Positions 35,738 through 45,729 of a DNA stretch of 64,000 bases are shown here, one piece after another. Source of the stretch: an uncultured Oscillospiraceae bacterium (lineage in GTDB: Bacteria; Bacillota; Clostridia; Oscillospirales; Oscillospiraceae); assembly GCA_944385665.1 (NCBI GenBank), contig CALWYB010000006.1, positions 180 to 64,179 of the forward strand, given 5' to 3'. The position numbers and the translations under genes are program-made. Under the pieces are notes generated by a model. The model made no database searches. It was not told where the DNA came from and saw only the letters and a list, made by a program, of their open reading frames with translations. Positions within the stretch are counted from its first letter, which is position 1. Every line of letters starts with the position of its first letter.

Positions 35738-35973
35738 GTCTCTTCCCCCTTATATTCGCATGTTCCGAAGCCCTCCGCTCCGGGCGGCCCTGGGGCCGCG
35801 TTCTGTCTTTATTGTACCGGCTTTTCCCTTTCGTTTCAAGCTGTTCCAGCCTATTCCACCCCTCTCTTCCGTCCTTCTTTTTTCTCTCGCCCCGGGAGGA
35901 TTGCAGGGGCGGACGGCTTGTGGTACACTGTCTGTGACAAGGGCCGGGACGGCCCGAAGGAGGAGCGATAAGC

Positions 35974-36660
35974 ATGAAACGCAGTGAGATCAACGCCGCG
36001 CTCAAAGAGATGGAGCAGATGGTGAAGGAGTACCGCTTCGCCCTGCCCCCCTTCTGTGGATTTACCCCCGCGCAGTGGCAGGAGAAGGGCCACGACTACG
36101 ATGAGATCCGGGACAACATGCTGGGCTGGGACATCACCGACTACGGCATGGGCAACTTTGACAAGATGGGCTTCTCCCTCATTACCATCCGCAACGGCAA
36201 TCTGAAGATGGACAAGTACACCAAGACCTATGCGGAGAAGCTGCTGTACATCAAGGAGGGCCAGTACTCCCCCATGCATTTCCACTGGTCCAAAATGGAG
36301 GACATCATCAACCGGGGGGGCGGCAACGTGCTCATCCGGGTGTATAACTCCACCCCCGACGAGGATCTGGACAAGGAGTCGGAGGTCCACGTCCATGTGG
36401 ACGGCCGGGAGATGGTGGTCCCCGCCGGCAGCCAGGTGCGGCTGACCCCCGGAGAGAGCATCACCATCTACCCCTACCTCTACCACGACTTTGAGGTGGA
36501 ACCCGGCTCCGGCCCGGTGCTGCTGGGCGAGGTGAGCCAGTGCAACGACGACAACACGGACAACCGTTTCTATGAGAAGCTGGGCCGCTTCCCCGCCATC
36601 GAGGAGGACGAGCCCCCCTACCGTCTGCTGTGCAACGAGTATCCCGCCGCCAAGGATTGA
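35974..36660 (+). CDS. D-lyxose/D-mannose family sugar isomerase (cupin)
   Basis: 228 aa with a GAAGGAGGAG RBS. ITDYGMGNFDKMGFSLITIRNG, YAEKLLYIKEGQYSPMHFHWSKMEDIINRGGG and QCNDDNTDNRF match the YdaE-type lyxose isomerase. Confidence 0.85.
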   Translation: MKRSEINAALKEMEQMVKEYRFALPPFCGFTPAQWQEKGHDYDEIRDNMLGWDITDYGMGNFDKMGFSLITIRNGNLKMDKYTKTYAEKLLYIKEGQYSPMHFHWSKMEDIINRGGGNVLIRVYNSTPDEDLDKESEVHVHVDGREMVVPAGSQVRLTPGESITIYPYLYHDFEVEPGSGPVLLGEVSQCNDDNTDNRFYEKLGRFPAIEEDEPPYRLLCNEYPAAKD

Positions 36661-36707
36661 CTCAGAGAAACCAACGGAGCGCCTGCAAGTGCAGGCGCTC
36701 CGTGTTT

Positions 36708-39423
36708 TTATGTCTCCGGTCCGCTCTGCCCCAGCAGGTCCGCCAGCCCTTGGACCGACAGCTCCTGCCCCGGGCAGAAGTCGGGCGAGTCCAGATAGCG
36801 GTAAATAGCCCTCTGGAGGGCTCTGGCCTCGGGATACTGTTTCAGACTGTTCAGGTCCATGGAGGAAAACAGCAGCAGCCCTCCGCCGCACCGGCACTCA
36901 AACAACATCCCCATGTGCCGCAGGCGGGCAAAACTGTCCAGCTGAGTCACAATGGGCCGAATGCCCCGGGGCAGCTCCACTGAGCGCTGAGAGGCCATGG
37001 GCCACCACTGCCAGTTGGTGTGGAACTGGGTGGGGAAGGTGCGGAAAATGGGGTGGGTCTCGTCGATGAGCAGCCCCATTCCTCCCTCCTGGTTTGGGAA
37101 GGTGCCCACCGACCAAAAGTCGGTGGTAAACTGTCCCTTCATGGAGCGGGGCAACGCCTCGGGGGTGGAGGGCGGGGCAAGATAGACGGTGCCCCCCTGT
37201 TTTAACCTCTCCCACACAGCCTCGTCCAACTGCCAGCTCTCCAGCACTTGAGCAGGACAGACCGGTTCCTCATCGGGGTAGACCCACAGGGGGTAGGTGT
37301 TTTCCGCTCCACCCAAGGATACGGTCAGCTCCAGCTGGACCGCCTCCGTCCACCCCTCCAGGGGCAATTCCAGCTCCCCCACATCGGCCAGTTCTCCCAC
37401 CGGAGCCACCTTCTCCCCCAGATCACCGGTTACAGTTTTCCCACCCCCGCTCAGGGTATAGTTCAGACGGCCCGCCAGGGGTGTTTTTCCGTAGTTTGCC
37501 ATCTTCACCAACGCCCGCAGGCACTCTCCTGTGGTAAAAGTGTACCGGGGCAGCAGCACCAGGGGCAGCTGGGCGCGGAAGAAAGCCCGGAATGCCTCGG
37601 GCCGGGCAAAGGGATAGGGCTTGGGCTGGAGATGCGCGTCCATCATGCCCACCAGGGCGGTGCCTTGGCCCGGAAAATCCTGGAGTCCAAGCAGGGAGAT
37701 CCCCGACATGCCCGGGGTGCGCAGCGCGGCCTCCACCTCCTCCCGGTAGGCCAGCTGGGCCAGCGATCCGCTGGCCCGCACCATATTGTTCCAATCCGCC
37801 TCCAGGCCCTGGGCCTTGGCCCGATCCCGGACCACCCGCAGGTTCACCGGGTCGGTCACCCCCCCGGAAGCGCTCAATTTCCTCCAGCTCAGGCAGCACC
37901 TGGAACTGTCCCACCTCAAAGCTGAACACCGGGACGGGAGTGTCCTGGCGCAGCCGTTCCACCGCCCGGTCGTAGTTGACCTGGGCGCTGGGATACTGGT
38001 TGTTGATGTAGCCCTTCAGCCAGCTGCTCTGGTTCTCCCCACAGGAGAACGTGCCCCGCAGGGGGAGACCCAGATACTCCTGGGCGGTATAAAAGCCGTT
38101 TTCCCGCCCGTAAATTCGCGCGCCGTAGTGGGGGTTGGAGCCCTCGGCGTACCGCCGGGTGGGGTCCAGTTCCCGGGCGCGGCGCAAAAGCCGGTCCATT
38201 CGCTCATGGCCCAGCTCTCCGGCGTGCAGCTCATTTCCAAAGGTGAGCAGGACAAAGCTGGGGTGGTTGGCATAGGTCTTTAAGATGGCTTCCAGTTCGG
38301 CGGTGTAGTAGTCCCAGGCCTCCGGACTCTCAAAGGCGGTGCGGGGGTCCCACTGGGACAGCTCGGGCTGGATCAGTATCCCCAGCCGATCTCCCGCCTC
38401 AAAGGCCGCTTGAGGGGGGCAGTAGGAGTGAAAGCGCACGCAGTTGACCCCGTAGTCCCGGTAGCGGCGGAACATCTTTATCCAGCTTTCCCGGTCCATA
38501 GGGGGATAACCCGTCTCAGGGAACACGGCGCAGTTGGCTTCGCTGCGCAGAAAAATCCGCCGCCCGTTGAGGGTAAACCGTCCATCCTGATCCACCCCAA
38601 AAATACGAAGGCCGAAGGTCTCCTGCCGCCGCGCCCCGCTGTCCAGGGCGGCCTCCAGGGTATAGAGGTTTCCTTCCTCCTCGTCCCAGTGGACGGCGTC
38701 CGCCCGCACCGGAATCTCCAGGCATAGAGCGGTCTTTCCCGCGTTCCGGGTTACCGCCTGCCGCACCGGGGCGGAAAACGCCTCACAGGTAAGGGTAATG
38801 GCGTCATCCCCCTCCTCCAGGGCGTCCAGCTCCACCTCCACCCGCACCGTTCCATCCCCCTGGGGGTACACCCGCAGGCCGGAGAAGAAGATCTGCGGCC
38901 GGGTCACCAGGCGGAAGCGGCCCACGATGCCGTTCCAGTTGGTCTGGGTCTCGTCGGTGGCGGCGGAGGAATTGAGAATGGCCTCCCGGGGCAGGCCGGG
39001 GTAGCTGTTGTCAGACTGGAGCTCCATCCAGTCCTCCCCGGTAAGCTTGCCCGTCACTTCAAACATGTGGGGGGTGCTGAGGGTTTCCGGTCCAAAATGG
39101 GGGATCTCCTCTCCGTTAAGGCGCAGCCGCAGGCTGCGGGCCCGCTCCGCCTCCAGGAACACCCGCTCCCCTTTGGGCGGCTGAACGTGGATGGTATGGG
39201 CAAAGGTCACCGGCCCCTCATAGGTATATTTTCGGGTCAGGCGGGTGGTGATGGGTCCGCCCTGGACCTCCGCCTGTCCCAGGGCAGCGTCCGGGTGGAC
39301 CGCTCCTGCGGGGCGGTCGGGCTGTCCCACCCCACTCTCGTCCAGGGTACCCGGCAGGGTGACGGGGCAGCTCTCTCCCCCCGTGAACACAGCGTTCCAA
39401 GCTCCATGCAGCGCATACTCCAT
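36708..39423 (-). pseudogene. GH2-like glycoside hydrolase (beta-galactosidase-like) split by a frameshift in a C7/G7 homopolymer
   Basis: The N-terminal part is in the frame of ORF 37423-39669 (start ATG 39423, GAGGAG RBS). The C-terminal part is ORF 36708-37919. The two coding-like sequences meet at the run of 7 C at 37859-37865 (...LPELEEIERFRGG | VTDPVNLRVV...). Removing one base fuses them. Confidence 0.8.
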
Positions 39424-39497
39424 ATCGGTTCTCCTCATATCAAAAATCAGGGGCGGCCGCTCAAACGCGGCCGCCCCTTTGTTGCAATACGCAGCGA

Positions 39498-41894
39498 TCA
39501 CCACGCGGTGAGGATCTCCATCAGAGCTCCGTACAGATCCCGGTCCAGCTCCATGGCGCTCAGCTGGCCCAGCAGCACATGGGTGCGCTTCTCCCCTGCG
39601 ATGCGGCGGTAGACCGCGTCCTTCAAATCGAAGGAGATCTCCGCCTGATCCAGGAAGCGGAAGCACCACTCCACGGTGTCGTTGCCCATCTGCCGCTGCT
39701 CCAGAGCCAGGGAGATCTCCACCCCGGTCTCCGCCGGCACATCCTCCACGGTGACGGTGAGGACCCGGCGGAAGGCGTCATAGGAGGTGTGGGCAGAAAC
39801 AGCAGCGCCGCCCACGCTGGCCTCCACCGTATCCCCGGCGTCGGCAGCGCCCATCAGCTCCACGGTGTAGCTGCGCTTGGCGGGAATGAGGTCCAGCGCC
39901 CCCTGGGCGGGCTGGACGGCGAACACCGCCTGGCCGTCTTCCTCCCGGTAGGTCATGGGGGTAGTGACGCACACGCCCCGGAGATAGTCCTGGGTGGTGT
40001 TGTCGTCCTCGTAGAGGGTGAAGTCCCCGTCCGCCCCGGCAAACACCCTGATGCGGAGAGAGGCGGGGTTGGAGGCGGCCTGGGTGCCCGTGATCTCATC
40101 GGTGAGAGGCAGGATAGCTCCGGCGGGGGCCAGCACGGGGATGCTGTCCAGGGCCCGGTACAGATCCAGGGTCCGTCCGCCGGTGTATACCATGCCGGTG
40201 TACACATCGTACCAGGTGCCCTCCGGCAGCCAGGCCGTCACCTTCGCCACGTTCAGTCCCGGGATGCGGGGGGAGGTGATGGGGGCCACCATCAGCTGGG
40301 TGCCGAAGCAGTACTGGGTCTTGTGCTCATAGGCCTCCGGCGCCTCGCTCCAGCGGTAATAGAGGGGCTCCACCAGGGGGGCGCCCTCCTTCCAGGAGCG
40401 GTAGTTCATGGTGTACAGGTAGGGCACCAGGCGGTGGCGCTCCCGGAGCATCTCGCTCATCACCTGCCGGGCCTCCCCCTTGTAGCGCCAGGGCTCCTTC
40501 CCCTGGAAGGGACTGTTGGAGGCGTGGAGCCGGTTGATGGGGGAAAATACCCCCAGCTGTACCCAGCGGGTGACCAGCTCATCGTTGCGGTAGCCCCGCA
40601 TGTGGCCGCCGATGTCGTGGCTCCACCAGCCGTAGCCGATGTTGGAGGCGTTGGCGGTGAAGTAGGGCTGGAACTGGAGGGACTCCCAGGTGACGATGGT
40701 GTCCCCTGAAAACCCCACGGGGTAGCGGTGGCTGCCCGGTCCGGCGTAGCGGGAGAAGGTCAGGGGCCGCTTGCCATCCCGGCCGCTGTCCAGGAAGTGG
40801 TAGTGGTTAAAGATCCACAGGGGGTCCAGCCCTTCCACTTTGCACAGGCTTCCCTGCTGCCAATCGATCCACCAGAAGTCCACTCCCTGCTCTTCCAGAG
40901 GGTGGTGCAGGTACTTGAAGTAGGCCTCCAGGAACTTGGGGTCGGCTGGGTCGCAGGCCACCGGGTCCTCCGCCTGCCAGTCCACCCCCATCTCCTTGGC
41001 CATGGGCAGGTACTGCTCCTCATGGGCCCGCACCCCGTCGGCGGGGTGTACGTTCAGGGTCACCTTCATGCCACGGCGGTGGAGCTCCGCCAGCAGGGCG
41101 GGCGGGTCTGGGAACAGCTCCCGGTTCCAGGTGTACCCCGTCCAGCCGCTGCCGTACTTGGGGTCGATGTCCACCAGGTGCCAGTCCATGTCGATGACCC
41201 CCACAGTGAAGGGGATGTTCTCCTGCTGGAAGCGGTCCATCAGCTCCAGATAGCTTTTCTGAGTGTAGCGGTAGTACCGGCTCCACCAGTTGCCCATGGC
41301 AAAGCGGGGCAGCATGGGGGTGGCGCCGCACAGGCGGTAGAAGTCCTGAAGGGCCAGGGTGTAGTCGTGGCCGTAGCCCCAGAAGTACAGATCCTGGATG
41401 CCCTTCTTTCGGGGCTCCAGCCAGCCGTCCTCCAGCAGCACCTGGGAGGCGCTGTCGTCCAGCACGGCAAAGCCGCTGCGGGACACCACGCCCCCCTCCA
41501 GGGGGATGGCCCCGTCGGCCTGGTCCAGGGTGCGGGCGGTGCCCCCCAGTCCGTCGGCCTTCTGGCCGTAGCGCCAGATGCTCTCATATTCCGTGAGGGC
41601 CCCCTTCACCTGGACGCTCAAGCCCTGGGGGGAGAAGGGCTTCTCGTCATACACCAGGTGCAGGCGCCGGGTGTGGATCTCCAGCTGGCCGTCCCGGCGC
41701 ACCACCCGGAAGTCGGTTTTGGGAAAGTCCCGGTGGAGGACGGTCTGGGTGGGCCGGTCCTCAAAGATGCCGTCGGGGCTGTACTCCAGGCGCAGCAGGC
41801 CCTGGGTGAGCACGGTGATGCGGTAGTGCTCCCCGGCGACGATGTTGTCCGGGCAGGCGATGGGCGTGGTTTGGATACGGTAGATGGGATTCAT
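39498..41894 (-). CDS. GH31 alpha-xylosidase/alpha-glucosidase
   Basis: Start at ATG 41894, 8 nt after AGGGGG; the track start is 41900. VIDMDWH, GSGWTGYTWN, KVTLNVHPADG and FWWIDWQQG are GH31 catalytic-domain blocks. Confidence 0.9.
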   Translation of the reverse strand: MNPIYRIQTTPIACPDNIVAGEHYRITVLTQGLLRLEYSPDGIFEDRPTQTVLHRDFPKTDFRVVRRDGQLEIHTRRLHLVYDEKPFSPQGLSVQVKGALTEYESIWRYGQKADGLGGTARTLDQADGAIPLEGGVVSRSGFAVLDDSASQVLLEDGWLEPRKKGIQDLYFWGYGHDYTLALQDFYRLCGATPMLPRFAMGNWWSRYYRYTQKSYLELMDRFQQENIPFTVGVIDMDWHLVDIDPKYGSGWTGYTWNRELFPDPPALLAELHRRGMKVTLNVHPADGVRAHEEQYLPMAKEMGVDWQAEDPVACDPADPKFLEAYFKYLHHPLEEQGVDFWWIDWQQGSLCKVEGLDPLWIFNHYHFLDSGRDGKRPLTFSRYAGPGSHRYPVGFSGDTIVTWESLQFQPYFTANASNIGYGWWSHDIGGHMRGYRNDELVTRWVQLGVFSPINRLHASNSPFQGKEPWRYKGEARQVMSEMLRERHRLVPYLYTMNYRSWKEGAPLVEPLYYRWSEAPEAYEHKTQYCFGTQLMVAPITSPRIPGLNVAKVTAWLPEGTWYDVYTGMVYTGGRTLDLYRALDSIPVLAPAGAILPLTDEITGTQAASNPASLRIRVFAGADGDFTLYEDDNTTQDYLRGVCVTTPMTYREEDGQAVFAVQPAQGALDLIPAKRSYTVELMGAADAGDTVEASVGGAAVSAHTSYDAFRRVLTVTVEDVPAETGVEISLALEQRQMGNDTVEWCFRFLDQAEISFDLKDAVYRRIAGEKRTHVLLGQLSAMELDRDLYGALMEILTAW

Positions 41895-41909
41895 GGTCAT
41901 TGCCCCCTG

Positions 41910-43274
41910 TTACAGATTGTCTCCGTTGGCGCGGATGGTTTCCTGATAGAAGTAGGCGGAGTCCTTCCAGGTGCGCTTCTGGGTCTGGTAGTCCACGTAG
42001 ATGAGTCCGAAGCGCTCGGAGTAGCCGTAGGCCCACTCGAAGTTGTCCAGGCTGCTCCAGGCCAGGTAGCCCATCAGGTCCACCCCGTCCTCCGCCGCCC
42101 GGCGGTACTCCCGGAGATAGCGGTGCATGAAGTCCACCCGGCTGCTGTCGTGGACCTTGCCGTCCAGCGCCACCCAGTCGTGGGAGGACATGCCGTTTTC
42201 GGTAATCAGGAAGGGCTTTTGATACCGCTCGTATAGGAATTTGGGGGCCCAGTACATGCACTCCGGGGTCACCGGCCACTGGATGGCCGTCTTGGGGAAG
42301 CCGTCGTACCGCTCCACCCGCTCCGGCTTTCCATCTTTCCCGGCGCGGACCATGACGGCATTGTACATATTCTGGCCGTAGAAGTCCAGAGGCTGGGCGA
42401 TGATGGCCGCCTCCTCCTTGGTCAGCTGGGGCAGGCAGTCGCCGAAGTAGTCCACCGCGTCCTGGGGAAAGCGGCCGAAGAAGACGGGGTCGCACCAGGA
42501 GGCAATGCTCCAGATGAAGTCGTTCACGTCCCGGCTGGGCAGGGTGAACATGGCGGTGCGGGCGGCCTCTATGTCCTCGGGGCGGTCGCTGGCGGGGTAG
42601 TAGAGGGCGCTGCACGGGGCCGCACCCACCTGGATGGGCTGCTTGGCGTTCTCCCGCAGGGCCTTCACCCCCAGGCCGTGGGCCAGCAGAAGGTTGCGCC
42701 AGACGGCAAAGAAGTCCCGCTTGCCCACCTTCAGACCGGGGGCGTGGTCGCCGGTGTAGTAGCCCAGACCGGCGGCGCACTGGGGCTCGTTGAGGGTGAA
42801 GAAGTACTTCACCCGGTCGGAGAAGTGCCTGGACACCAGGGCGGCGTATTGCTCAAAGATCCGGGGCATGTCCGGGTTGAGCCAGCCGCCCTTCTGATGC
42901 AGGGCGTAGGGCAGGTCCCAGTGGTAGAGGGTGACATAGGGCTCGATGCCCTGCCGGAGCAGCTCGTCAATGAGGGCGTCGTAGTAGGCAAGGCCCGCCG
43001 CGTTGGGCTCCCCCTCTCCGTCGGGCAGAATGCGGGCCCAGCTGAGAGAGAAGCGGTAGGCCTTCTGCCCCATTTCTTTCATATCGGCAATATCCTGCTT
43101 ATAGAGGTGGTACTGATCGCAGCTCACGTCGCCGTTCTGGCCCTGGTAGATCTTTCCCGGCTCCTGGCAGAACACGTCCCAGATGTTCAGGCCCTTGCCG
43201 TCCTCGTAGGCGGCGCCTTCCACCTGGTAGGACGCGGTGGCCGAGCCCCATACAAAATCCTTGCGAAATCCCAT
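41910..43274 (-). CDS. GH1 beta-glucosidase
   Basis: 454 aa. FVWGSATASYQVEGA, YRFSLSWARILP, TLNEPQC (acid/base Glu), ITENG (nucleophile Glu). Confidence 0.93.
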   Translation of the reverse strand: MGFRKDFVWGSATASYQVEGAAYEDGKGLNIWDVFCQEPGKIYQGQNGDVSCDQYHLYKQDIADMKEMGQKAYRFSLSWARILPDGEGEPNAAGLAYYDALIDELLRQGIEPYVTLYHWDLPYALHQKGGWLNPDMPRIFEQYAALVSRHFSDRVKYFFTLNEPQCAAGLGYYTGDHAPGLKVGKRDFFAVWRNLLLAHGLGVKALRENAKQPIQVGAAPCSALYYPASDRPEDIEAARTAMFTLPSRDVNDFIWSIASWCDPVFFGRFPQDAVDYFGDCLPQLTKEEAAIIAQPLDFYGQNMYNAVMVRAGKDGKPERVERYDGFPKTAIQWPVTPECMYWAPKFLYERYQKPFLITENGMSSHDWVALDGKVHDSSRVDFMHRYLREYRRAAEDGVDLMGYLAWSSLDNFEWAYGYSERFGLIYVDYQTQKRTWKDSAYFYQETIRANGDNL

Positions 43275-43290
43275 GATCCGTCCTCCTTTG

Positions 43291-45729
43291 TTAGTCGTAG
43301 GTATGATAGACGTCGTAAATGGTATAATCCCCTGCGGCGGCTCCCGCCCAGGGCTTGGGCGTGCGGCCGTCCTGCTCCACGGGGGTGATCGTCACCGGCT
43401 CGCCGGTGAGGGCGAACACGTTGTCATCGAAGATCACATCCTCCCCCTTGCCCTCCACCATGCAGTAGGGGACGAAGGAGCGGGCGGTGAGGGTGAGAGT
43501 CCCGCCCTCTCCGGCCTGCGCCTGGATGCCCGGGTCCCGGAGGTCCAGGTGCTTGACGGGGACAAAGCTCTCCCAGGTCTGGGCCTGGTGGGATGCTCCG
43601 TCCTGCTCCCAGCGCCAGACGTACTGGAGGAACACCTGCTCCTCCCGGCCCTTGATCAGCTGGGCATAGTCCCGCCGGCCCAGCTCCCGAGCCGACAGGG
43701 CGGGGACATCCCCCTCCAGGGAGATGCGGTCCAGCACCTGGAAGTCCAGGGTCTTGACCAGCACCTCTCCCGTCACATGGATGGGGGCCAGGGTCTCGTT
43801 GGACAGCCAGAAGGCCCCCTCTTTGCCCTCCAGGGCGATGCTGCCCGCCACCGGGGCGTAGAACCGCCGGGCCATGTAGTGCAGGGCCTTGTAGCGGCCG
43901 TAGTAGTCCAGGCTGGACCAGGAGGCCACCGGCCAGTTGTCGTTGAACTGCCAGTAGATGCTGCCCATGCAGCGGCCCCGGTTGCGCCGCCAGTGCTCCA
44001 CGCCGGACTGGATGGCGTAGCCCTGCATCACCTGGCTGAGGAAGGCCAGCTGGTCCAGGTCCCGGGGGTAGCGGAAGGTCTCGGACAGGTAGCTGAGGAT
44101 CTTGCCGTTGGCGGCGGGGTTCTTCTGGTGGCTCTCCATCACCTTAGAGAAGAGGTTGCGGTCCTCCGGGCGGGTAAAGGCGCGGATGGTCTTGATGGAG
44201 GGCAGGGATTGGAAGCCGAACTCGGAGCAGAAGCGGAAAAAGTGCTTGCGGTACTCGGTGTAGGGCTTCAGGCCGTGCCACACGTCCCAGTAGTGGCTGT
44301 CCCCCCGGTTCTCGTCCATGGGGTCGTCAAAGCTGCCCCCGGAGGAGGGGGAGGAGGGCCAGTAGAACACGTCGGGGGCATACTCCTTCACCGCCTGGGC
44401 CAGGTAGAGCTCAAACTGGAACAGGTAGTCCCGCTTCAGGGAGGGGGCGTGGTCCTTCATGTCCGCCCACTCCAGCCAGGCCACCTCCATCTCGTTGTTG
44501 CCGCAGATGAGGCCCAGGCAGGGGTGGTTGCGGAAGCGGAGCAGGTTGTCCCGGGCCTCGGCCACAATATTGTCCCGGAACTCATCGGTCAGGTCGTAGA
44601 CGTTGCAGGCAAACATAAAGTCCTGCCAGAGGATGATGCCGTACCGGTCGCACAGCTCGTAAAAGTCGTCGCTGGGGTAGTAGCCGCCCCCCCACACCCG
44701 CAGGCTGTTAAAGTTGGCAAAGACGGCGGCCCGCACGTCCCGCTCCAGCACCTCATGGGTGATGTTGGGATAGAAGCAGTCGTCGGGGATGTAGTCGGCC
44801 CCCCGGGCGAAGATCTTCTTTCCGTTGACCTGGTAGGCAAACTCCTTGCCCCACCGGTCCTCGTCCTGGGAGATGGTGAGGGTACGAAGGCCCAGGGCGA
44901 TGTTTTCCCGCTGTACCTCACCCCCGGCACACAGCTCCACCTCCAGAGTGTACAGGGGCTGCTCTCCATAGCCGTTGGGCCACCAGAGCTTGGGCTCCTC
45001 CACGGTGTATTTCGGCTGGCTGCCCTCATAGAGCACCACACCCTCCGGATTTTTCAGGCGGTAGGTGAGGGTGTGCTCCCCCTCCCCCTCCAGGCGGGTG
45101 GTGAAGCCCAGCTCCACCTTGCCGTCCTCATGGTTCTGGCGCACCAGGGTGTCCCCCAGCTTCACCTGGTCCCAACAGCACAGCTCAATGGGCCGGTACA
45201 CCCCCAAATCGGGGAGGATGGGGCCCCAGTCCCAGCCGAACATACAGTGGGCCTTGCGCAGGTAGCTCTGGCCCAGCAGGGTGCCGGTGTTGGCCATGGT
45301 GATCTCCCGGCCCTTGGTGGGCTTGCGGTTCTGGATGTACTCCAGGGCGGAGAAAAGCCGCAGCTCCAGGGTGTTCTCCCCCGGATGGAGGAAGCCCTTG
45401 CAGGGGAAGGTGTACACCCGGTGCATGTTCTCCATGTGGCCCACCTTCTCCCCGTTGAGGTAGAGGTCGGCGATGGTGTCCACACAGTGGAAGGTGAGGT
45501 CAATATGCTCTTTCTCCCACTCCTCCTCCGTGACCGTGAATGTGCCCCGCAGCACAAAGTCGTTTCTCAGAAACTCGGTCACTTCATACTCGTTGGTCCC
45601 GAAGAAGGGATCAGGAATGCGCCCCTCCCGGAGAAACACCGTCATGGCGGAGCAGGGGATGGAGCAGGGATACTGCTGCTCCTCCCCCGCCAGGCCCATG
45701 GTAAACCCGTCGGTCAAATTTCGTTTCAT
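43291..45729 (-). CDS. GH2 beta-mannosidase-like glycoside hydrolase
   Basis: 812 aa. CMFGWDWGPILPD, RVWGGGYYPSDDFYELCDRYGIILWQDFMFAC, GNNEME and YWPSSPS resemble beta-mannosidase (GH2) blocks. No signal peptide. Confidence 0.85.
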   Translation of the reverse strand: MKRNLTDGFTMGLAGEEQQYPCSIPCSAMTVFLREGRIPDPFFGTNEYEVTEFLRNDFVLRGTFTVTEEEWEKEHIDLTFHCVDTIADLYLNGEKVGHMENMHRVYTFPCKGFLHPGENTLELRLFSALEYIQNRKPTKGREITMANTGTLLGQSYLRKAHCMFGWDWGPILPDLGVYRPIELCCWDQVKLGDTLVRQNHEDGKVELGFTTRLEGEGEHTLTYRLKNPEGVVLYEGSQPKYTVEEPKLWWPNGYGEQPLYTLEVELCAGGEVQRENIALGLRTLTISQDEDRWGKEFAYQVNGKKIFARGADYIPDDCFYPNITHEVLERDVRAAVFANFNSLRVWGGGYYPSDDFYELCDRYGIILWQDFMFACNVYDLTDEFRDNIVAEARDNLLRFRNHPCLGLICGNNEMEVAWLEWADMKDHAPSLKRDYLFQFELYLAQAVKEYAPDVFYWPSSPSSGGSFDDPMDENRGDSHYWDVWHGLKPYTEYRKHFFRFCSEFGFQSLPSIKTIRAFTRPEDRNLFSKVMESHQKNPAANGKILSYLSETFRYPRDLDQLAFLSQVMQGYAIQSGVEHWRRNRGRCMGSIYWQFNDNWPVASWSSLDYYGRYKALHYMARRFYAPVAGSIALEGKEGAFWLSNETLAPIHVTGEVLVKTLDFQVLDRISLEGDVPALSARELGRRDYAQLIKGREEQVFLQYVWRWEQDGASHQAQTWESFVPVKHLDLRDPGIQAQAGEGGTLTLTARSFVPYCMVEGKGEDVIFDDNVFALTGEPVTITPVEQDGRTPKPWAGAAAGDYTIYDVYHTYD

